NCBI GenBank assembly: GCA_030594645.1
Contig: JAUVEU010000001.1
Span: 81,405 to 145,404, forward strand
Direction of reading: 5' to 3'
Origin: Candidatus Aegiribacteria sp.
GTDB taxonomy: Bacteria > Fermentibacterota > Fermentibacteria > Fermentibacterales > JCC-6
DNA: 64,000 nucleotides
Position numbers and translations under genes: made by a program
Shown: piece after piece, positions 55,816 to 64,000 of the stretch
Numbering within the stretch: the first letter of the stretch is position 1
How the letters are laid out: every line of letters starts with the position of its first letter
The notes under the pieces: model-generated
What the model was told of the DNA's origin: nothing
Seen by the model: the letters and a program-made list of their open reading frames with translations, nothing else
Database searches by the model: none

Positions 55816-57003
55816 TTATTTGAATCCAAGCGGTGACCATGTCGGACAGTAACTCTCACCGCTCAAGGAAAGCTTTCTCACTGTGAGCCTGTTAAGTTCC
55901 AGCACGAAAACACCACGTTGTCCATCCATATCGCTGCTGAAGGCAATATGCCTTCCGGTAGGGCCCCATACAGGATCTTCATTTAGAGATCCTTCGAATG
56001 TAACCTGGCGGATGTTGGAGCCGTCAGCGTCCATGACGAATATGTGAAAATTTCTCCCGACCCGGGCGGTATATGCTATTCTGTCCCCATCGGGCGACCA
56101 TGACGGACTGTCACAGTACGAATGGGATCGAGTTGCTCTCATGGCTGTTCCGCCTGAACTGTCCATAATATAGAGCTGTGGATATCCAATTCTGTCACTG
56201 GTAAAGACAATCTGGCTTCCGTTGGGGGAAAAACTTGCTGAGGTTTCAATGGATCCTCTGAGCGTAAGACGATTGGTCTCACCGGACGCGGGGTCAAGCA
56301 CGTAGATATCCACATTACCGCCCCTGGAAAGTGTCAGTGCAATCGACTCGCCATCAGAACTCCAGGCGGGTGAGGAGTTGAGCCCCGGACTTGATAGAAT
56401 ATTCCTTGCTGAAGCATCCGAAAACCTGTAGCACCATAGATCACCATTACCGGACTGAAAGGATGTAAACGCTATTCTGTCACCATCGGGCGACCATGCC
56501 GGAGTTGTAATAACTTCATCATCCGTCATGACATGTCTTTCTGATCTGGGATCCATTGATTTGACCGCCAGAGCGTAGCTGGAACCGGTTCTGGTTATAT
56601 AGGAAATCCAGGTGGAAGCAATTCCGTTTTCTCCGGTAAGGTCATATACAAGATCATCAGCAAATGCATGTACAAGCGAGTAGACTGTACTCCCCGAGTA
56701 GTTCCTGGCCAGAAGCGCTTCCCCGCCCGAAAAAACTTCTGCCCTGAGCTCGATTCCATCGGTTGTACTCCTGACCTCAACCGTTACTTCGGCGTAACCA
56801 TCATCCTTAGTTATAAGGAGACCGGAAAAATCGATATCCTCCCGCAGCTGTTCTCTCGTTATGTCTGCAATACCTCTGTCACCGCTTACATTGATGGAAA
56901 CGGGAATGCATTCAGCGCCTACAGGTGTCATGGGAATAAAATCATCTGCCAGTACAGTTCCAATGCAGATCAATAAGAACATTAGCATGCCCGAAATCCT
57001 CAT
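55816..57003 (-). CDS. tolB: Tol-Pal beta-propeller protein
   Basis: Multiple PD40 repeats (PAWSPDG, PSWSPDG), FTSDR.G.PQLY. Confidence 0.9.
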   Translation of the reverse strand: MRISGMLMFLLICIGTVLADDFIPMTPVGAECIPVSINVSGDRGIADITREQLREDIDFSGLLITKDDGYAEVTVEVRSTTDGIELRAEVFSGGEALLARNYSGSTVYSLVHAFADDLVYDLTGENGIASTWISYITRTGSSYALAVKSMDPRSERHVMTDDEVITTPAWSPDGDRIAFTSFQSGNGDLWCYRFSDASARNILSSPGLNSSPAWSSDGESIALTLSRGGNVDIYVLDPASGETNRLTLRGSIETSASFSPNGSQIVFTSDRIGYPQLYIMDSSGGTAMRATRSHSYCDSPSWSPDGDRIAYTARVGRNFHIFVMDADGSNIRQVTFEGSLNEDPVWGPTGRHIAFSSDMDGQRGVFVLELNRLTVRKLSLSGESYCPTWSPLGFK

Positions 57004-57007
57004 CTGT

Positions 57008-57721
57008 TCACTCCGGTCCAAGAAATTCTATATTAATGATTGCCGGGATATTTCTTCCCGGCGGCATCGGGGGAATCTGCGCTCTTGACAATGCGCTTTC
57101 CACAGCTCTGTCAAACGCTGATGTCCCACTTTTCCTGACAACCTCAATCTCAGATGTACCATCCGGATTGACTATTAGAATTACCCTGTATGACCTTTCC
57201 GGTTCCACAGATGTTCTGTACCCTCTTCTTACTGCATTGAAAACTCTTGACTCGTATGTTCCGGGGCCTGGAGCTCCTGAGCCGGCTGCCCCTTCCCCAC
57301 TGACAGATACAAACTCTGATGCTTCAACGGGATCCTGAACCTCTGATTCCTCGTGGGCCTCATCCAGTGGCTGTTCTTCAGGAACATCTTCCACAGGATC
57401 AGGAATCTGCTCTTCTGTCTCCTGCGGATCAATTATCTGTTCTTCTGTAACTTCGGGTACCGAAACCTCAATCGCAACTTCAGCCGGGTTTTCAGCAGGA
57501 TGCACTATATCCGGAGGTGAAGATGTCATTTCATTCGAAGTTAATGTGACCATGTTTACCATAATGGCATCACCACCGCCGGGAGGCACTATTATGCTGC
57601 TCGAAGAAGTAATCAGTCCAACCACTAAAATAAGCACGTGTCCTGCTATGACAAAAATGACATCTCTACGGCTGAGGAAGTAACTTTTCCTTTCGAAAGG
57701 TCTGGAATCAGTGAATTTCAT
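57008..57721 (-). CDS. TolA/TonB-like energy transducer
   Basis: N-terminal TM with His (AGHVL), acidic Pro-rich linker, C-terminal SG..AFDRAV..A domain. Confidence 0.8.
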   Translation of the reverse strand: MKFTDSRPFERKSYFLSRRDVIFVIAGHVLILVVGLITSSSSIIVPPGGGDAIMVNMVTLTSNEMTSSPPDIVHPAENPAEVAIEVSVPEVTEEQIIDPQETEEQIPDPVEDVPEEQPLDEAHEESEVQDPVEASEFVSVSGEGAAGSGAPGPGTYESRVFNAVRRGYRTSVEPERSYRVILIVNPDGTSEIEVVRKSGTSAFDRAVESALSRAQIPPMPPGRNIPAIINIEFLGPE

Positions 57722-58130
57722 CCGTTTCCAATCTCGATTCCTGTATAAGCCCCACATTGAGATAACCACCGCTGCCAAGTTCGGTCAGGGCGTTCGCAAC
57801 CACCTCATATCTTACATCCCTGTCTGCCCTGACAAAGGCTTCGGAACGGCCGGAATTATGAGCTGCTTCAGCAATATCCGAAAGATCCTCCAGCAGAACC
57901 TGCTCACCGGAAATGGCCAGATTGCCATAGGCGTCGATCTCGAGAACCAGTGACTCGTCGGGATCAAGGCTGCTCAGAATCCTTCCCTCATGAGAAGACG
58001 GAGGAGTAATATCCGCACTTCGCTGCATCACCGGAGATGTCAGCATGAAAATCACCAGCAAAACAATGGTGACATCCACCAGATTCGTTACATTGATTTG
58101 GGAGAACTGCTTATACCTGGTTCGTATCAT
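57708..58130 (-). CDS. tolR: TolR/ExbD family protein
   Basis: INVTNLVDVTIVLLVIFM TM with Asp, and VRAD..V.Y. Confidence 0.88.
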   Translation of the reverse strand: MIRTRYKQFSQINVTNLVDVTIVLLVIFMLTSPVMQRSADITPPSSHEGRILSSLDPDESLVLEIDAYGNLAISGEQVLLEDLSDIAEAAHNSGRSEAFVRADRDVRYEVVANALTELGSGGYLNVGLIQESRLETDEIH

Positions 58131-58795
58131 TCAAGACTGCCTCTTCTACAGACGTCCACCAGTTCAGAAAGGAACCGATCCATATCTCCTGCAAGTGAAT
58201 TTATCCTTCCAACAACGAAGTTATGGAAAATATTTGCGGGTATCGCAGCCAGCAATCCTGCTACAGTTGTTGTCAGCGCTGCTGCAATACCAGCTCCCAC
58301 TGCGCTGAGATCAGCAACTCCAAGTTCCCTCATTCCTATAAAACTCGACAAAACCCCCCATACGGTACCAAGCAATCCAAGAAGAGGAGCTACACTTGTT
58401 ACAGTTGCAAGCAGTCCTATATTCCGCTCACGCTGGGCAAGATCCTCTCCTGCCTCCCGCTCAAGGGCGCTGGACAGGCTGGATGCTTCCTCGATAGAAA
58501 GGGGTTCTGTAATCCCTCTATCGGTTCTTCTCTGAAGAAAACGGCCCGCCTCAGCGTACATTCGCGCAAGCGGCCCTATCTCATTGTTCCTGCTCCAGAA
58601 TTCCCCACCAGGCGGTCTGCCTGTTGTCCTCAGTGCATCCATAAAGATTTTCGATGAACTGAGAATCGCTCTGAATTCCCGGATTTTCGCTATTGCAACG
58701 GCCCATGAACCAACCGAAAGGACAGCAATAATCACAAGAATGAGTTGGGTGACAATATCAGCCTGACCGACTATCTCAATAACTTTCCCTATCAA
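58127..58795 (-). CDS. tolQ: TolQ/ExbB/MotA family proton channel
   Basis: APLLGLLGTVWG and AL.TT.AGL.AAIPA. TTG start overlaps the upstream stop. Confidence 0.9.
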   Translation of the reverse strand: MIGKVIEIVGQADIVTQLILVIIAVLSVGSWAVAIAKIREFRAILSSSKIFMDALRTTGRPPGGEFWSRNNEIGPLARMYAEAGRFLQRRTDRGITEPLSIEEASSLSSALEREAGEDLAQRERNIGLLATVTSVAPLLGLLGTVWGVLSSFIGMRELGVADLSAVGAGIAAALTTTVAGLLAAIPANIFHNFVVGRINSLAGDMDRFLSELVDVCRRGSLE

Positions 58796-58990
58796 TACTG
58801 TTCCTCCTTCAGTGCTGCAATGGCTTCAATTTCAACAAGAGCGCCCAACGGCAGCTTCGAAACCGCGACAGCAGACCTCGCGGGAAAGGGTACCATAAAT
58901 CTCCTGGAATATATATCATTCACAATTGCTGAATCAGATATGTCTTCAAGATACAGGTTAATCTTCACAACGCTGTCCATGTTTGAACGG
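58792..58990 (-). pseudogene. 3' remnant of a RidA/YjgF family gene
   Basis: VVK.NLYL.D, PFPARSAV..LP.GALVEIEAIA C-terminal motifs. The N-terminal half is absent and replaced by AT-rich DNA; junction approximate. Confidence 0.78.
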
Positions 58991-59117
58991 TCTTTCGCGT
59001 CATTCAGGCTCCTCTTTGAAATGAACATATACAGTATATACATACAAAGATACTTATCTGTTCCAATATATTTCAAATTCCTTTTCCGGTATCATCACGA
59101 TCTACAAATACTCATTG

Positions 59118-60236
59118 TTATTTTCTACTACACTTTGTACACTTCATTTGTGAATCCAGCAGTGAACCACAAATTTCGCAGACGGGCCTGCCCAGATTGT
59201 TTGCTACTGGCCGAGATACTGGAACAGCTACCCCTTGAAACAGGATTGAAAATCTGATGATAATCACTCCTAGTAAGATATATCCTATACATACATGTAA
59301 TGATAGAACAATATGACTTAGAATACTTGTGGGGTTTGCATGAATATCCCCAAAACCAAGAGTAGTCATTGTAACAATAGAAAAATAAATACTCCTTACG
59401 AATCGAAGTAAAGAACTACTCTCAATACCTCCTGAGTCCTTTATAAGCCAAGGATACAAGTAATATATTACTCCAAATATCACTGTATTTGCACAGAATG
59501 ATATTATTATCCTGATTGTAGACTGCCCATAATCACTCATGAGCCAGAATATCCTAGCTGGCCAAGATAGATATGGATGCATTTTATACCAATCCTGCCA
59601 GTGACCACGCCTTATATTTCCCTCTAATTTCATTCGGAGCCTTGGTTCAATTCGCATTGAACCTAATGCAACACCAGTAAAATCAGTGAGTCTATCGCAA
59701 TGTTTCGTCCATAGCTGTGTTTCACTATCTACTATCGCAGACTCAAAGGTAGCTCCTTCTATTCTTGATCCATTCAAATCTGCGCTTTTAATATTTGCGT
59801 CACCAAAATCTGTATCTCTTATATCGGCATAATCGAGACATACTCCTACCATCTCTGCATCAATAAATACTGCCCTCCGGAAACAAGTATTTTTAAGAAA
59901 TGCGTTATCAAGATGAGCACCAGTAAAATTTGCATCACTGAAATCACCACTATCGAGGTTACTCCATTCCATTTCGGAATACCCAAGATCTACTCCAGAT
60001 AATGTAAATCCACTTAAATCCGCAGCCTCAAGAAGAATGGAAAGAGATGATCCATTAACAGAATCGATAATTGCAGATTGTCTCCATTCATTCCATTCTG
60101 ATACATTATGCTGCACAGAACAATTTTTTAGCATTTCATACTGCTCAGGGCTAAAAAGCCTTGCAGTTCCGCAAATAGGACATACTAAGGTTTGCGCCTC
60201 AATCTCTTTAAAACAGTTCCTGCACGGAGCCCTCAA
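59118..60236 (-). CDS. Pentapeptide-repeat protein fused to a 2-TM K+-channel-like pore, with terminal zinc ribbons
   Basis: About 20 pentapeptides (ADLSG..ANFTG AHLDN..ADIRD), YFSIVTMTTLGFGD filter, N-terminal CRNC/CPIC and C-terminal CEIC/CTKC. Confidence 0.85.
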   Translation of the reverse strand: MRAPCRNCFKEIEAQTLVCPICGTARLFSPEQYEMLKNCSVQHNVSEWNEWRQSAIIDSVNGSSLSILLEAADLSGFTLSGVDLGYSEMEWSNLDSGDFSDANFTGAHLDNAFLKNTCFRRAVFIDAEMVGVCLDYADIRDTDFGDANIKSADLNGSRIEGATFESAIVDSETQLWTKHCDRLTDFTGVALGSMRIEPRLRMKLEGNIRRGHWQDWYKMHPYLSWPARIFWLMSDYGQSTIRIIISFCANTVIFGVIYYLYPWLIKDSGGIESSSLLRFVRSIYFSIVTMTTLGFGDIHANPTSILSHIVLSLHVCIGYILLGVIIIRFSILFQGVAVPVSRPVANNLGRPVCEICGSLLDSQMKCTKCSRK

Positions 60237-60409
60237 TATTCCCTCTATGATAATTTCCTCCCCAGTGTACAGTGTACATCTCAGTCAGAATATATACATT
60301 TTGCTAACAGGTGACTTTATAAAAGGAATCTTGATTTCAAAGTGTTCCGGGTATTTTCCCGAAACACCATATTCGTCCCAATAATACCTCCGATTCCTGC
60401 CTGAAACTG

Positions 60410-60439
60410 AGCATACTGCCCGAAACAACTACCTGTCAA
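60410..60439 (-). promoter_or_regulatory. Putative sigma70 promoter pointing into the pentapeptide-channel gene
   Basis: TTGACA-N18-TATGCT. Confidence 0.45.
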
Positions 60440-60612
60440 CAAAGCCAGCAGCAGATAATATTTCGGACCCCCACATAAGGACACACCTGCCTCCTGAAGC
60501 TGGTCACAGAGATTTCAACCGACTTCTATCTTCGGCATATCATCCTGCCATGGAACTGATATTCGCGAATGGAAGGGCTCGCAGACCAGCTCCAGCGGCT
60601 CTGGCGGGGGTA

Positions 60613-60879
60613 CCTGTGATGCAGGAAATGCAGCCTGAGCATCTTCGGAACACTCCATACCCAGTGCCTGTGTGGAACAGGTCTGAAGAGTTCTTCCTCA
60701 AGGAAGATTGAAAGGTCCAACGACTTCCTCTTCGAACAGAATGGGCAGAACCCATTGCACTTGCAGGAAAAGGCCCTCAGATACTCAGCACCGCAGTCTT
60801 TGTAGCGAATCCTCTCAAAGCCGTAGTGATTATCTCCGCATTTCAGGTACTTTTCTATTACTTCATCTGTGATAGGGAG
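60613..60879 (-). mobile_element. IS91-family transposase remnant (zinc-binding domain)
   Basis: Manual translation gives EKYLKCGDNHYGFERIRYKDCGAEYLRAFSCKCNGFCPFCSKRK..PVPHRHWVWSVPKMLR. No start codon and no HUH/Tyr catalytic part. Confidence 0.82.
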
Positions 60880-61144
60880 CTTCCCCTGAAACCTGTTTCC
60901 TGAGGGAGAGAAATCGTTTCATCTTCATGGAAGCTGACTGCAGTTGTCCGGGTATGGCTCTTTGCATCTGACATATGCTGTGATAACGAGAAACAGGGCT
61001 TTCATTGAAGGCTATAAGGCCTACAGGAAGTGGAGACAAAACCGGTGAAAAGGGTGCGTACATTATATCTCTGTGAATTCATAAAGGTCGTTCAGTCACA
61101 GCGACCAGCAGGATTTCCGGCACGGCCAGGTTGTTGAGCGTGTT

Positions 61145-62539
61145 TTACCTCATCAACAGGGTGGTGAATAAACGTATCTCCGGGCGCCGGACACTTACAT
61201 CCGGGTAATCCTCGTAAATACGATCGGCCAACATGAGCTGGTATTCGGCGCCAATACTCCAGTTCTTGTTCAGGGGAACGGCCAGCCGTGCCGTGGATAT
61301 CGATATATGATGGTCGGACCGGTTTCCATTTACCGTGTGAATGAAGTTCTGCTCGTGGCTGACGGAAAGCAAATGGTGGCCGTTGCTGATGAACTCCGCG
61401 GTGAAATAGGCGGTGACACCGGGACCGTAATCGTAGTCGCGCCCGCTGAGATTCGGATAATTGCTGGTGGAAGCCCCCAGTATAATGGCGCTCAGATCCA
61501 GACAGGTGCGCAGTTCCAGTCCGGATTCGGTCTCGAAGCGTGAGAGCAGGCCCCCACCCAGGCTCTGGGAGCCGAAGTCAAATTGATTACTGTTGAAATA
61601 GTCAAAGTGATGCCAGACGGCCAGGATGTGGGAGGCGTTGTCAGTTTCACTGATGAAGGTACCGGCCAGCAGACCATTGCTCTGGACCCGACCGATCAAA
61701 CTTTTGTCGCCAAAATTCAGCTGCAGATCCAGATCGAAGTGGTCGTAGGGGCTGTTCATATCACCGAAGAAAGGATCGCCGTAGTCGAACTGAAAGTGCG
61801 TGTAGACCCGGGTGGTGTCGTAATCCCACACCATGTGTTCGCCTGTTTGACGCACGCCGATATCCATTTGTGAGCGGTAATTCAGGGCGAATCGTTCGAC
61901 GCTGTTGGGGTAGCGGCGGGAAGCGTCACCGTCGATCAAACGGTTAAAGCCGCCAACGGGATTGATGGCAAATCCGGCGATCTCCCGCCAGGTGCGCTCG
62001 CTGCCGCTGGCGCGGTTGTCCAGTACCATTTTACTGAAGCGGTGCAGTATTTCACCCATACCGGTGCCACCCATACTGGTGGCGATCCAGTCGTTCATGC
62101 TTGGATGATGGGTTTCTCCGAAATACTCCCACAGAAAGCTGCCGGCAAATGTGAAGGGAACAGACTCCCAGAACGAATAGCCGTTGCTGCGGGCAGCGTT
62201 GAAATATAGGCTGCCGTGGTACGGATGGGCGTACTGGTTTGTATCGAAGTTGTTGTCGTCCCATTCGAAACCGTTGGTCAGGTTTTCCTTCCAGCTGTTG
62301 AAACCAATGCGGAAGCCCTCCCCCCCGCCCTCTCGAATGTAGCGATTAAGGGACCAGACCAACGTGTTAATGCCTATCACTTCAACAGTCGTCCGAAGGA
62401 AGTTTTTGTCCATGAGTAAGGTATCTTCCAGGGCCGAGGGTGTGTTCCGGTTCGGGTCAATGGGCTCGGCGGCCGCTGAACCTGACGAAAACCGGCCCAG
62501 CAGGCTGACGGTGATGAGCAGTGTCGTGATTTTCTTCAT
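61145..62539 (-). CDS. DUF3943 domain exported/outer-membrane protein
   Basis: WDDN.F.TNQ.AHPYHGSLYFNAARSNG..WE..E...PS.ND motif and a beta-rich C-terminus. Confidence 0.82.
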   Translation of the reverse strand: MKKITTLLITVSLLGRFSSGSAAAEPIDPNRNTPSALEDTLLMDKNFLRTTVEVIGINTLVWSLNRYIREGGGEGFRIGFNSWKENLTNGFEWDDNNFDTNQYAHPYHGSLYFNAARSNGYSFWESVPFTFAGSFLWEYFGETHHPSMNDWIATSMGGTGMGEILHRFSKMVLDNRASGSERTWREIAGFAINPVGGFNRLIDGDASRRYPNSVERFALNYRSQMDIGVRQTGEHMVWDYDTTRVYTHFQFDYGDPFFGDMNSPYDHFDLDLQLNFGDKSLIGRVQSNGLLAGTFISETDNASHILAVWHHFDYFNSNQFDFGSQSLGGGLLSRFETESGLELRTCLDLSAIILGASTSNYPNLSGRDYDYGPGVTAYFTAEFISNGHHLLSVSHEQNFIHTVNGNRSDHHISISTARLAVPLNKNWSIGAEYQLMLADRIYEDYPDVSVRRPEIRLFTTLLMR

Positions 62540-63738
62540 GAGTTAAACAGTGAGATCCCACCGAAAACATGGCCTTCGGTAGTGGATCGGGTATGGGGTG
62601 CGTACTCGAGAAAGACGGTGCTGAAACCGATACCGCCAATCAGGGAAAAACTGTTTGTAAGCCGATAATCGGCAAAAAGACGCATTTGCAGGGCATAATG
62701 CAGCTCGTCGTTAATCAGGGAATCGTCGTAGTCACCGGGGATGACATGCAGATATCCGGCATCTGCGGTGAGCCCCAGTTCAGGGCTGATCGGGAACAGG
62801 CGTCCGAAGTGCCACCCAAGGAAAGCGGAGTTCACTGCGTCGGAAGCCTGATCGGAAAACCCAAGGGAAATCACCGAGGACCAGTTGTTGACAATGGTTC
62901 GCAGTCCGATGTTGTACAGGGACAGATTGCTGGCGTACACCACACAGTTGACCCGCCCGTCATCTGTCAGGTTTACCAGACCCACGGGTACTCCGGCAAT
63001 TCGTCGGGAGATGTTGACAGCTCCAAATTGTACGCCGGACATGTCTTCGGTAATATTGAGCAGACCGATTTGAACACCTTTCAGCCGGTCTGCATAGTTC
63101 AGCATCGCTGTCTGCAGGCCGAAAGTCTCGGACCCGGCAAAATTCATGATGCCCGCCAGCTGCATTCCGCCAAAAGTCCTGACATTGACGTTAGCTATCG
63201 AACTGATCTGAAGAACTCCGCCCGAGCAATCGTTGAGATTCATCAGGCCGCTGAACTGGACACCGCGGAAACCCTTGCTGGTGTAATTCAAAATTCCTGA
63301 AAACTGGACACCGGTAAAAAAGTCCTGGTGGAAATTGACAAGGCCGGAAAACTGGATTCCGGCAGCCGGGCCCTGGTGGACCTGGACCCCGTTGTTGATG
63401 GAAATACCGGTGAAAGAGCCTCCTATCTGGCTGTAGAGCCCGGTCAGCTGTACTCCGGAAAAACGTCCTTCGGTGATGGAAACCACACCGCAGGCATCGA
63501 AACCGGTAATGTTGCCGGAGCGCCCGAAAATCAAGCCCAATCGAACACTGGTGTCAGTTTCAGGGTTGGGACTGGTGGCCAGGGGGTGAAATATTTGCAG
63601 ACTGATTGGATGGTAACCCGCGCCCAGGCAAGCCTTTGGAGCCGACATCGCGGTAAAGGCGATTACAGTGAAAAGAAAAACAGAAGCTATATTCTGTCTG
63701 AACCATCGGCACCTGTGATTTGACCTATTTTTAAGCAT
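62536..63738 (-). CDS. Surface protein with GxQxxGxxN repeats (LA_2272-like) and C-terminal barrel-like region
   Basis: Signal peptide, about 11 repeats such as GIQFSGLVN, GVQFSGILN and GVQIGLLN; ends GGISLF. Confidence 0.75.
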   Translation of the reverse strand: MLKNRSNHRCRWFRQNIASVFLFTVIAFTAMSAPKACLGAGYHPISLQIFHPLATSPNPETDTSVRLGLIFGRSGNITGFDACGVVSITEGRFSGVQLTGLYSQIGGSFTGISINNGVQVHQGPAAGIQFSGLVNFHQDFFTGVQFSGILNYTSKGFRGVQFSGLMNLNDCSGGVLQISSIANVNVRTFGGMQLAGIMNFAGSETFGLQTAMLNYADRLKGVQIGLLNITEDMSGVQFGAVNISRRIAGVPVGLVNLTDDGRVNCVVYASNLSLYNIGLRTIVNNWSSVISLGFSDQASDAVNSAFLGWHFGRLFPISPELGLTADAGYLHVIPGDYDDSLINDELHYALQMRLFADYRLTNSFSLIGGIGFSTVFLEYAPHTRSTTEGHVFGGISLFNS

Positions 63739-63799
63739 AGGAATATACTACTTGACAAAGAATGTTGCCGCCATTGTATCTTTCTGTTAGAATGATTAA

Positions 63800-64000
63800 A
63801 TGCACATATTTACCAAACATTGTTACGTGCGGTGGCTGTTCCCGGTGGGCCTGGTTTCTGCCCTTCTGTGTCCCGGGACCCTGGCCGATGATCATAACCG
63901 TAACGGCTGGTTCGTCGGAGTGGGCTACGGTTATGGCCGCAGCATCATCAAGGCCGGCAATGCCCAGGAGTATTCCTATCAAGACGGGGCTACTCCGCAA
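63800..64000 (+). CDS. 5' part of a probable outer-membrane beta-barrel protein (runs off the window edge; absent from the ORF track)
   Basis: Manual translation MHIFTKHCYVRWLFPVGLVSALLCPGTLADDHNRNGWFVGVGYGYG shows a signal peptide followed by a typical first barrel strand; the frame stays open to the end. Confidence 0.6.
   Translation, partial: MHIFTKHCYVRWLFPVGLVSALLCPGTLADDHNRNGWFVGVGYGYGRSIIKAGNAQEYSYQDGATPQ

Noticed and set aside
1..64000. CRISPR array, cas genes or rRNA genes
   Set aside because: No equal-length direct repeats with unique spacers, no cas motifs and no rRNA-like sequence seen. The five boxes at 15997-16168 are too degenerate and palindromic to be CRISPR repeats.
63731..64000. 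89-aa minus-strand ORF at the window end
   Set aside because: The plus-strand frame from 63800 gives a signal peptide and barrel strand and is the more credible gene.

Overview
Bacterial chromosome segment from a diderm, probably anaerobic organism. The Tol-Pal system, PorV-like barrels, FlgD-Ig/T9SS-like C-terminal domains and C-terminal TWGxxK tails suggest an FCB-related candidate lineage such as Fermentibacterota; this assignment is inference only. The backbone is almost entirely on the minus strand. It contains tolQRAB-pal-cpoB, tRNA-Leu(TAG)-tig-clpP-clpX-engB-purA-tatD/radical SAM-rsmA, a cell-surface sugar cluster (cpsB-like, rfbD, gmhA, flippase-like), a TetR/DUF2141/two-adaptor RND efflux locus, and a long run from pgsA-like/ino1 through tmk, ctpA, pgm, yceD, rpmF, plsX, fabH, fabG, acpP, fabF and rnc to acyl-CoA dehydrogenase and etfB. 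Accessory patches are a hipBA module with five operator-like boxes, a ~4.5 kb segment bracketed by two inverted 62-bp REP-like elements, and a right-end island (truncated ridA, pentapeptide/K+-channel fusion, IS91 remnant, GC-rich outer-membrane genes). The best candidate for an undescribed system is a tightly packed six-gene operon at 20796-29308 (orphan ABC binding protein, OB-fold surface protein, PorV-like barrel, helix-hairpin-helix barrel, second barrel, exported 5'-nucleotidase), which reads as an extracellular nucleic-acid capture and nucleotide foraging module. Also notable are a C-terminal TWGxxKAx[FY] tail shared by two unrelated exported proteins, probable non-canonical ATT and CTG starts, and inositol-phospholipid genes. 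All annotations come from motif recognition by eye; no database searches were run.
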